The notes below the pieces were generated by a model. It was not told the origin of the DNA. It searched no databases and saw only the letters and a program-made list of their open reading frames with translations. Made by a program: the position numbers and the translations under genes. From Gemmatimonadaceae bacterium (lineage in GTDB: Bacteria; Gemmatimonadota; Gemmatimonadetes; Gemmatimonadales; Gemmatimonadaceae), in contig JBBDYC010000017.1 of assembly GCA_040901985.1 (NCBI GenBank), forward strand, positions 202,140 to 225,277: a stretch of 23,138 nt of DNA, given 5' to 3'. Below, piece by piece: positions 1 through 10,123 of this stretch. Numbering within the stretch: position 1 is the first letter of the stretch; each line of letters starts with the position of its first letter.

Positions 1-10
1 CCCCCCCCCT

Positions 11-34
11 CCTCTCACCTCTCACCTCTCACCT
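11..34. repeat. Heptamer tandem repeat (CCTCTCA x3 + CCT)
   Basis: CCTCTCA at 11-17, 18-24 and 25-31, then CCT. It lies just downstream of the tRNA 3' end, next to a poly-C run at the window edge. Confidence 0.75.
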
Positions 35-43
35 GCCGTCAAG

Positions 44-115
44 AGGCGCCGGTCGGAATCGAACCGACGAATAGCAGATTTGCAGTCTGCCGCCTTACCA
101 CTTGGCCACGGCGCC
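44..115 (-). tRNA. tRNA-Cys (anticodon GCA)
   Basis: The reverse complement is GGCGCCGTGGCCAAGTGGTAAGGCGGCAGACTGCAAATCTGCTATTCGTCGGTTCGATTCCGACCGGCGCCT. It has the acceptor stem GGCGCCG/CGGCGCC, anticodon arm GCAGA-CTGCAAA-TCTGC, T-loop GTTCGATT and a U discriminator typical of tRNA-Cys. CCA is not encoded. Confidence 0.97.
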
Positions 116-124
116 TTGAGACGG

Positions 125-153
125 AAGCTAGCCGCCCGACGGACCCTTCTCAA
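125..153 (-). promoter_or_regulatory. Putative sigma70 promoter of tRNA-Cys
   Basis: Minus strand TTGAGA-N17-TAGCTT, with the -10 hexamer ending 9 nt before the tRNA 5' end. Confidence 0.6.
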
Positions 154-234
154 CCGATGACCCCTCGGTGGCGGCAACCGAGCGGACTGGACACCAGATT
201 ATAGTTTGCCCCACACCAGACCCTGACCCCGCAA

Positions 235-792
235 ATGCCACTTTTTCGCCGTTCGCTGACCCTTCCCCTCCTCGCCGCGCTGGTCGCCTCCGCCTGCTGG
301 TGGACCCGTTCCAGTCCGCCGAGCCCGGAGGAAGGCGCGCTCACTGACGCGCAGATTGCGGCCGTCGTCATAGCGGCCAACAACGCCGACATCGCCTTTG
401 CCGACCTCGCGCTCGCCGTCAGCCAGGACGCCGACGTCCGAGCGTTCGCGCTGATGGTGAAGAAGGACCACGAGTCGGTGAACGAGGAGGCCGGCAAGCT
501 CCTCACGCGACTCGGCGTCACGCCGCAGGGAAGCGAACTCTCCTTCGACCTGCGCGACGATGCCGACACCAAGCGGCTGATGCTCCGCGACCTCGAGGGC
601 GCCGCGTTCGACAGCGCCTACGCGGACAACGAGCTCCGCTACCATCGCAGCGTCCTGACGGCGATGGACGACGTGCTGATCCCGGCGGCGACCAACGCCG
701 AGTTCAAGGCTCTTCTCGTCGCGGTGCGGCCTGCCGTCGCGGCGCACCTCGAGCACTCCCGGGCCCTCGCCACGAAGAAGTCGCAGCGATGA
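235..792 (+). CDS. DUF4142 domain (ferritin-like) protein, probable lipoprotein
   Basis: Motifs LTDAQIAAVVIAAN...ADLAL...VRAFALMVKKDH and L.G.AFDSAY.DNE..YH...LIP.A.N.E.KALL...HLEH. The N-terminal hydrophobic segment ends in VASAC. Confidence 0.85.
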   Translation: MPLFRRSLTLPLLAALVASACWWTRSSPPSPEEGALTDAQIAAVVIAANNADIAFADLALAVSQDADVRAFALMVKKDHESVNEEAGKLLTRLGVTPQGSELSFDLRDDADTKRLMLRDLEGAAFDSAYADNELRYHRSVLTAMDDVLIPAATNAEFKALLVAVRPAVAAHLEHSRALATKKSQR

Positions 793-1124
793 TCCGCGCG
801 GAGCTCGTCGTGCTTGCGGTCGTGACGGTCGCCTGCGCCGTCGGCGCGGCGGCCGACGCGCCGCCGCGCTCGCGCCACGAGATCCGGATGCGCGGCAACT
901 CCTTCACGCCGCGCGACCTCACCCTCGAACTCGGCGACACCGTCGTCTGGCGGAACGCCGACGTCGTGCGCCACAATGCGGTGCGCCCGGAGACCTTTGA
1001 CAGCGGCGATCTGAGGCGCGGCGAGGAGTTCAGTTGGGTCCCCCAAGACACAGGGGCGTACCGCTACCGCTGCACGATCCACCAGCGGATGCGGGGAACG
1101 TTGACGGTCACGGCAAAGCCGTAA
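789..1124 (+). CDS. Plastocyanin/amicyanin-like cupredoxin (type 1 copper protein)
   Basis: Signal peptide, FTP...L.LGDTV.W.N.D...HN and the ligand loop YRCTIHQRMRG (His, Cys, His, Met). ATGA overlap with the upstream gene. Confidence 0.9.
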   Translation: MIRAELVVLAVVTVACAVGAAADAPPRSRHEIRMRGNSFTPRDLTLELGDTVVWRNADVVRHNAVRPETFDSGDLRRGEEFSWVPQDTGAYRYRCTIHQRMRGTLTVTAKP

Positions 1125-1145
1125 GTCATTACATAACAAATACTT

Positions 1146-1192
1146 AAAAGCAACGGGAGGCGCGCCGCAGGCGCTCCTCCCGTTGCATTTTT
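1146..1192. terminator. Intrinsic terminator, probably bidirectional
   Basis: Stem GCAACGGGAGG...CCTCCCGTTGC (1150-1186) with an inner GCGCC/GGCGC pair, followed by ATTTTT and preceded by AAAA. Confidence 0.85.
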
Positions 1193-1257
1193 GTGCTTAC
1201 TGCACCGTCAACTGTGCGGAATTTACAATCGAAACACGAAAAATGGCGTTTTCCAGT

Positions 1258-1290
1258 TTGAAAATTGCAGAATGTCTGTTAGTTTCTGCA
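1258..1290 (+). promoter_or_regulatory. Putative sigma70 promoter of GSIII with overlapping inverted repeat
   Basis: TTGAAA (1258-1263)-N16-TAGTTT (1280-1285) with an extended TG at 1277-1278. The inverted repeat TGCAGAA-N11-TTCTGCA spans 1266-1290. Confidence 0.5.
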
Positions 1291-1331
1291 CTTCCCGCAC
1301 GCGCTGCCCGCCAACTCCCGCCCCTTCGCCC

Positions 1332-3551
1332 ATGCCTCCCGCTGCCACCCCGCGCGCCGTTGCGATGCGCGCCATCGCCACGCGCACGGTCGCCGAACCC
1401 GATGTGCCGACGATGGCCGGTGAGTCCGTTCCCACATCCTCCTACTTTGGCATCAACACCTTCGGCGCGCGCCAGATGCGCGACAAGCTCCCGAAGGACG
1501 TCTATGCCCGCCTGGTCGAGGCAATCCGGCTCGGCAGGAAGCTCGACCGCGACATCGCGCCCGTCGTTGCGCAGGTCGTGAAGGAGTGGGCGGTCACACG
1601 CGGCGTGACGCACTTCTGCCACTGGTTCCAGCCGCAGACGGGACTCACCGCCGAGAAGCACGACGCCTTTCTCGCGTTCGACGAGAACAAGTTCCCGGTC
1701 GAGTCGTTCAGCGCCGAGCAGTTGATCCAGTCCGAGCCCGACGCCTCGTCGTTTCCCTCGGGCGGACTGCGCGCCACCTGGGAGGCGCGCGGCTACACCG
1801 CGTGGAACCCCGCCTCGCCGCTCTTCATCATGGAGGCCGCGTCCACCAAGACGATGTGCATTCCGTCGGTCTTCATCGGCTACAACGGCGAGGCGCTCGA
1901 CGAGGTCACGCCGCTGCTGCGGTCGAGCGACGTCCTTTCCGCCAAGGCGATTGAACTGCTCAACCTGATCGGCGACAAGGGCGCGCACCGCGTCTACACC
2001 ACGCTCGGCGCCGAGCAGGAGTACTTCATGATTGACCGCACGCACTTTGCGATGCGACCCGATCTCGTGATGGGCGGCCGCACCCTCCTGGGCGCGCCGC
2101 CGCCGCGCGGCCAGCAGCTCGAGGACCACTACTTCGGCGGAATCCCCGAGCGCGTGCAGGCCTGCATCGCCGAGGTGGAGTTCGAGCTCTACAAGCTCGG
2201 CGTGCCGATCGTCACGCGGCACAACGAGGTCGCGCCGTGCCAGTTCGAGATGGCGCCGGTCTTCGAGGAGACCGACCTCGCGGTGGACCACAACCAGCTC
2301 GTAATGTCGGTGCTGAAGGACGTCGCGCTGCGCCACGGACTCCAGGCCCTGCTGCACGAAAAGCCCTTTGCCGGGATCAACGGGAGCGGCAAGCACTGCA
2401 ACTGGTCAATGGCGATCTACGCCGACAATGCGCTCGACGGGATCAACCTCCTCAAACCGGGCAACACGCCGCACCAGAATCTCCGCTTCCTGCTGATCCT
2501 CGCCGCGGTGCTGAAGGGCGTGCACAAGCACCAGGGCGCGCTGCGGGCCAGCATCGGCACGTCGGGGAACGAGCACCGACTCGGCGCCAACGAGGCACCG
2601 CCGGCGATCATCTCGATCTTCATGGGCGCCACGCTCACGAAAATGATCGAGGACATCATCGCCGGCCGCGCCGGCAGCTCGGCCGCCCAGGCGATGCTCA
2701 AGCTCGGTGTGGCCAAGCTGCCGGAGATCGAGCAGGACAACACCGACCGCAACCGCACGTCGCCCTTCGCCTTCACCGGCGCGAAGTTCGAGTTCCGGGC
2801 GGTCGGCTCGTCCCAGTCCATCGCCTTCCCGGCGACGGTGCTCAATGCGGTGGTCGCCGAGGCCCTCGCCGAGATCGTCACCGACCTCAAGGCAGCCCTC
2901 AAGACCACCAAGTCGGTGGACGACGCGGCGCTCAAGGTCGTGCGCGCCGCCTTTACGGAGACGAGCGCGATCCGTTTCGAGGGGAACGGCTATAGCGAGG
3001 AGTGGGTGCGGGAGGCCAAGAAGCGCGGGCTGCTCAACCTTCGTCGCGCGCCCGAGGCGCTGGCCCAGATGAAGACACCGGCCGCCAGGAAGCTCTTCAC
3101 CGGCATGAAGATCCTCACCGCTGCCGAGCTGGAGAGCCGCTACCACGTGCGCGTGGAGCGCTACCTCAAGGACGTGTTGATCGAGATGTCCACGATGGCG
3201 GAGATGCTCGACACGCAGATCCTCCCGGCGGCGTACGGCTACCTGGGCGAGCTCGCGTCAGCGGCGGCAAGCGCCAAGCAGGCGGGCATCAAGCTCATTC
3301 CGCAGCGCGCGGCTGCCGAATCCACCGGCGCGCTCGTCAGCGAGCTCCAGAAGCAGGTCGCCGCCCTCCACTCGGCGATCCACAAGGCCGAGGCGATGCA
3401 CGACGACCCCGTGAAGTGCGCGAACTTCCTGACGAGCGGCGGCGCCGACGCGATGGCGGCGTGCCGCGAGCTCTCGAACAAGCTCGAACTCACGGTGGGC
3501 GACGACCACTGGCCGTTGCCGCGGTATCGGGAGATGCTCTTTCCGGTCTAG
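1332..3551 (+). CDS. Glutamine synthetase type III
   Basis: GSIII motifs THFCHWFQP.TG.TAEKHDAF, EPDASSFPSGGLRATWEARGYTAW, GAEQEYF, HNEVAP.QFE, HEKPFAGINGSGKH.NWS, HRLGANEAPP and DRNRTSPFAFTG.KFEFR, ending WPLP.Y.EMLF. Start moved from the ORF-track 1191 (inside terminator/promoter DNA) to the ATG at 1332. Confidence 0.95.
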   Translation: MPPAATPRAVAMRAIATRTVAEPDVPTMAGESVPTSSYFGINTFGARQMRDKLPKDVYARLVEAIRLGRKLDRDIAPVVAQVVKEWAVTRGVTHFCHWFQPQTGLTAEKHDAFLAFDENKFPVESFSAEQLIQSEPDASSFPSGGLRATWEARGYTAWNPASPLFIMEAASTKTMCIPSVFIGYNGEALDEVTPLLRSSDVLSAKAIELLNLIGDKGAHRVYTTLGAEQEYFMIDRTHFAMRPDLVMGGRTLLGAPPPRGQQLEDHYFGGIPERVQACIAEVEFELYKLGVPIVTRHNEVAPCQFEMAPVFEETDLAVDHNQLVMSVLKDVALRHGLQALLHEKPFAGINGSGKHCNWSMAIYADNALDGINLLKPGNTPHQNLRFLLILAAVLKGVHKHQGALRASIGTSGNEHRLGANEAPPAIISIFMGATLTKMIEDIIAGRAGSSAAQAMLKLGVAKLPEIEQDNTDRNRTSPFAFTGAKFEFRAVGSSQSIAFPATVLNAVVAEALAEIVTDLKAALKTTKSVDDAALKVVRAAFTETSAIRFEGNGYSEEWVREAKKRGLLNLRRAPEALAQMKTPAARKLFTGMKILTAAELESRYHVRVERYLKDVLIEMSTMAEMLDTQILPAAYGYLGELASAAASAKQAGIKLIPQRAAAESTGALVSELQKQVAALHSAIHKAEAMHDDPVKCANFLTSGGADAMAACRELSNKLELTVGDDHWPLPRYREMLFPV

Positions 3552-3904
3552 GACTCCCTCTTGAGTTTCGCCGGCGCAATCAGCGCCCAGGACTCCTTCA
3601 CCAGCTGGGCGATTTCCTTCCACGGCGGATTCCGGTCGAGCCAGACCCCGATCCACCCCTGCGGCCCGACATAGGGCGGCACGAAGAAGCGCCCCGGGCG
3701 GTCGCGCACCATCAACTCCTGATTCCCCGGCGCGGCCTTGAGCCAGACGCCGGGCCGACCGGCGCCGTGATGGTCAGTGGGGCTGGCGTACATCGCGAAA
3801 ATCTTCTTCACCCGGAAGGTGGACGTGCCCCACGCCTCCACCTCGTGCGCGCCGGGGAGGGCGAGACAGATCTTTCGGAGGCGCTGGAGCGGGCCGGGAG
3901 GCAT
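3548..3904 (-). CDS. MmcQ/YjbR family protein
   Basis: RLRKICLALPGA.E...WG..TFRV.K.FA and FF.PPYVG..GWIGV.LD....W.E...L..ESW. It converges on GSIII with overlapping stop codons. Confidence 0.85.
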   Translation of the reverse strand: MPPGPLQRLRKICLALPGAHEVEAWGTSTFRVKKIFAMYASPTDHHGAGRPGVWLKAAPGNQELMVRDRPGRFFVPPYVGPQGWIGVWLDRNPPWKEIAQLVKESWALIAPAKLKRES

Positions 3905-3995
3905 CGGCGGATTCTAGCTCCGGACATCGCACTGGCGCCACAGCGAATACGCCCGGCGTCGCGTAGCTTCTGACTACCCGTCACCGGAGCGACAA

Positions 3996-6968
<2,973 letters not shown>

Positions 6969-6982
6969 ACGACGGGGCCGTG

Positions 6983-7429
6983 CTATTTCTGGAAGATCCC
7001 GATCCCGTAATAGCACGGCTCCGAGCTGCACGCCGCCATGATCACCCGGATCGTATAGCGCGCCGCCTTCCCGGCGACGAAGTTCACGATTGGATAATCG
7101 TCCGTCAGCACGTCGCGCGCGACGCTGGTCGACCCGTCGAGCACCTCGATGTCCACGTCGCGGCAGTCGGCGTCGCAGAAGCCGACGATCCGGTACGTCT
7201 TGCCGGCGGTGAGGGAGATCGTCCAGCTCTCGACTTCATCCTCTCCCATCCGGCCGAGGATGTAGTTGAGCGAGCTGTAGCCGTCGCCGCTGGAGTTTTC
7301 GAACGCCGTGTTCAGCTGCCGCCAGACGAGGTCGGCGTGGGACTGCGCCGATGCGACTCCCGGCGCCGCCGCAGCGCCCAGCATCGCCGCGGCCACGAGT
7401 GAGATGACCTGCACGCTGACGCGACGCAT
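6983..7429 (-). CDS. Small secreted hypothetical protein (PPC-like beta-sandwich, 4 Cys)
   Basis: Signal peptide ending ASA-Q, GGAGG RBS, motifs CDADCRDVDI.V, DDYP.V and CSSEPCYYG. Confidence 0.75.
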   Translation of the reverse strand: MRRVSVQVISLVAAAMLGAAAAPGVASAQSHADLVWRQLNTAFENSSGDGYSSLNYILGRMGEDEVESWTISLTAGKTYRIVGFCDADCRDVDIEVLDGSTSVARDVLTDDYPIVNFVAGKAARYTIRVIMAACSSEPCYYGIGIFQK

Positions 7430-7457
7430 CGGACAGTCCTCCGGCTGATAGTGGGGG

Positions 7458-8903
7458 TCAGGCCACTGTCTCGGCGCCCGACTGCTCGCGCGCCGTGACG
7501 GAACTCTCGGGTGTACCCATCACCTGGCCCCGGCAGTTGGGAGCACCGCAGCGGCACTGGAACGGCTCGTGCGTGGTGTCGAGGAAGCCGGCGTAATCGA
7601 GCGTCAACTCCTCCCCGATCGCGATCGGGCGCAGCGCCACCACGTCGAGGCCGTCGAAGACGGTGTTGGGATTGCAGGAGTGATTCTGCGGCGCCCACTC
7701 GGCCGGGTCGGCCGCCCAGTAGGCGTATATCTCGTCGCTCAACGGATACGCATACCGCCGCAGGAGCTCAAGCTCCTCCGGCTGCCAGTGCTCCTCGGCG
7801 AACCGTCGCGTGATGATGCGGTGCGACTGTCCCTCGCCCCGGAAGACGACGTCGCCGGCATTGAGTGCGCGCGTGGCGACGATCCCGTACCCCGAGATGG
7901 TATCCCCACGCAACCGGTACGCCCGCTGCCGGCGCGCATGACGCGCCTTGCCCTCGGCAATGATCCGCTCGAGAAACCCGGCGTGGCCAAGTCCGTCGAG
8001 CAGGAGGATCGCATCGGCCGACCCGTCCCACCCGTCGGTGTAGAACACCGAGCAGGAGAAGTTCACCTCGAGGAAGTGGAGCTCCCCCGCCGCATCCATC
8101 CGGAAATCCATTCGCGCATATCCGGTGGCGTCAAAGCCCCGGAAGACGCTCTCGGCCGCCCGCATCAGCCGGTCGCGCAGCCCGGGGTCAGCCACCCGCA
8201 CATTTGCCTCCGGATGCAGCTCGGAGGTTTTGAGCGCGTAGCTCTTGAAGGCGTGACCCTTGGGGAACCGGTATTCGACCGGCGTCAGCGCCCGGCCGCG
8301 TCCCTGCCCCTCCGGATCGCCGACCACGAGGACGGTGAACTCGCGCCCCTCGATGTACTCCTCGACCAGCAGTTCCGGATACTCCGGCAGCGTCGCGACG
8401 ACCTTCGCCTCGAGCGCCACGGCGTCGGCGACGAGCGACCGCTCGTCCACGCCCAGACTGTCGCCCGCCTTCACCGGCTTCACGAAGAGCGGATACCGCA
8501 GCGCCGTGCGTCCGGCGGCGCGCACGGGGTCGTCGCCCCGCTGCACCACCATATGCCGCGGCGTCGCGACCCCGACCGAATACGCCACGTACTTCATCAG
8601 CGGCTTCGGCACGTCGAAGATCTCCGGCGTCGGGCCCGTGTACGGCAGGTTGAGCATCTCGAGCGTGTGGATGACGTCAATGGACGGCACGTCCCACTCG
8701 AGGTAGCCCTCGCAGAGATTCACGAAGATGTCGTAGCCCTGCACCGAGAGCTCCTTCAGCTGCCGGTAGGTCGAGAGCTTGTGCAGGAAGACGTGGTCCA
8801 CCTGATGGCCCGGCGCGAAGGGCGCAAGGTTCCGCGGCGGATCGTAGTGCCGGTACTCGACCTGCGAGGTCGAGTAGTCCACCTGCAGCACGCAGATCTT
8901 CAC
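7458..8903 (-). CDS. ATP-grasp (D-Ala-D-Ala-ligase-like) domain fused to a SET/post-SET methyltransferase domain
   Basis: ATP-grasp motifs NLCEG, PYTG, FVKP..AGDSLGV, LVEEYIEGREFTV, GYARMDFR and FLEVN. SET motifs SGYGIVA, NHSCNPN and GEELTLDY, plus post-SET CRCGAPNCRG. The real start is probably the GTG at 8903, overlapping the upstream TGA (GTGA). Confidence 0.9.
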   Translation of the reverse strand: MKICVLQVDYSTSQVEYRHYDPPRNLAPFAPGHQVDHVFLHKLSTYRQLKELSVQGYDIFVNLCEGYLEWDVPSIDVIHTLEMLNLPYTGPTPEIFDVPKPLMKYVAYSVGVATPRHMVVQRGDDPVRAAGRTALRYPLFVKPVKAGDSLGVDERSLVADAVALEAKVVATLPEYPELLVEEYIEGREFTVLVVGDPEGQGRGRALTPVEYRFPKGHAFKSYALKTSELHPEANVRVADPGLRDRLMRAAESVFRGFDATGYARMDFRMDAAGELHFLEVNFSCSVFYTDGWDGSADAILLLDGLGHAGFLERIIAEGKARHARRQRAYRLRGDTISGYGIVATRALNAGDVVFRGEGQSHRIITRRFAEEHWQPEELELLRRYAYPLSDEIYAYWAADPAEWAPQNHSCNPNTVFDGLDVVALRPIAIGEELTLDYAGFLDTTHEPFQCRCGAPNCRGQVMGTPESSVTAREQSGAETVA

Positions 8904-10048
8904 GCGACCGCCGCCTGGGCGCGCGCCGCGCGGCGGCCGCGGGAGGCCGAGGCGTCGAGAATCGCCTCGACGGCGTGGCTGAACGGCTTCCCCGAAAAGC
9001 GGAGGATCGCGCCGATGGACGTGTAGTTCTCGTCCTCCGAGAGCCCGCACTGCGCATTGACCTCGAGCACCGCCAACTCCCCGCTCGCGGCGTCCTGCCG
9101 CAGGTCCACGCGGCCGTAGCCGCGCCCGCGCGCCGCCGCATACGCCGCCCAGCTCACCTCACGGATCCGCTTCGCCTCGCGACGCGACACCGGCCGGTAC
9201 TGCCAGAGATCCTCGTCGGCCTCGCCGCCGACCGGGGTCTCCGTCTCGTAGAGCCCCCAGAGGCGGTCGAACGAGAGGAAGCGCTCTTGGTCCGGCAGCG
9301 CCGCGTGAAAACATCGCTCCACCGGCGGATAGATCATCCGCCGCGACGGAAGGTCGTGGCTCCCCACAATGAACGTCGTGAACTCGCGTCCGGTCACGAA
9401 CCGCTCGGCAAGCACACCCGCCGAGGTGAGATCCCATCCGTGATATCCCTCGCGGAGCCGTTCCATCTGTTCGTCCAGCTCGGCCTCCGTCTGCACCACC
9501 GACTTGGTCGTCACGCCCATGCTTCCCGCCGAGACCGCCGGCTTGAGGATGATCGGGGTGCCGAGCCGCTGGAAGATCCCGCGACGCGATTTCGCGTCGT
9601 CCGCCACGACCTCCCACGGCGCGGTCGGGACGCCGGCGCGATCGAAGTCGCGTTTCATGTCAATCTTTGAGGTCGTCCCGTCGAAAAAGCGTTCGTCCGC
9701 CCCGGTGTAGCGCAGCCCGTGCGCCTCCAGTTCGCGGATCACCGAGAGTCCGGGCACGCCGTTCGACTCGTCGCCGTCACAGAGGTTGAAGATGACTGGC
9801 TCGTGGTCCACCGCGCGCCGCGCGATGCGCGCAATCACCGCCGCGTGGTTCGCCAGCGTCACCTGCTGCCAGCGCCAGGGAAGCCCCAGCGCACGGAAGG
9901 CGCGCCGAAACTCGGCGCGGCTCTGCGTGAAGTCGCAGTACCACGCGAGGTTCTCGTCGGTGGTCTCGATGTGCGGAACAAGCACCCAGACGAACAACGG
10001 ACGCCCCTGGAGGGGCGTCAGCGGCTCGGGCCGCAAGGTCGCACTCAT
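8900..10048 (-). CDS. D-Ala-D-Ala-ligase-like ATP-grasp protein
   Basis: Motifs FNLCDG, YTGA, TSKI.MK...AGVPTA, ILKP.VSAGSMGV, ERFV.GREFT, GYGRVDLR and VLEVN. It lacks the Ddl N-terminal GG.S.E..VS motif. Start placed at the ATG at 10048. Confidence 0.85.
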   Translation of the reverse strand: MSATLRPEPLTPLQGRPLFVWVLVPHIETTDENLAWYCDFTQSRAEFRRAFRALGLPWRWQQVTLANHAAVIARIARRAVDHEPVIFNLCDGDESNGVPGLSVIRELEAHGLRYTGADERFFDGTTSKIDMKRDFDRAGVPTAPWEVVADDAKSRRGIFQRLGTPIILKPAVSAGSMGVTTKSVVQTEAELDEQMERLREGYHGWDLTSAGVLAERFVTGREFTTFIVGSHDLPSRRMIYPPVERCFHAALPDQERFLSFDRLWGLYETETPVGGEADEDLWQYRPVSRREAKRIREVSWAAYAAARGRGYGRVDLRQDAASGELAVLEVNAQCGLSEDENYTSIGAILRFSGKPFSHAVEAILDASASRGRRAARAQAAVA

Positions 10049-10077
10049 CGCCGGAATACGAGGAGCATGTGTACTTG

Positions 10078-10086
10078 AAGATAGCA
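10078..10086 (-). promoter_or_regulatory. Putative extended -10 promoter for the ATP-grasp operon
   Basis: Minus strand TGCTATCTT (TGn + TATCTT), about 30 nt upstream of the ATG at 10048, in a locally AT-richer spacer. Confidence 0.45.
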
Positions 10087-10123
10087 TTCCCCGGCAAACG
10101 GCAAGGGGGGGCCATCAGGACGC

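Noticed and set aside
1201..1260. NtrC/sigma54 promoter for GSIII
   Set aside because: The NtrC-like box has the wrong spacing, and the TGGC at about 1244-1247 is not followed by GC at the -12 position.
8900..10048. Calling the ATP-grasp genes ddl or van resistance ligases
   Set aside because: The N-terminal D-Ala-binding motif and EVNT.PG are absent, and there are no mur or van genes nearby.
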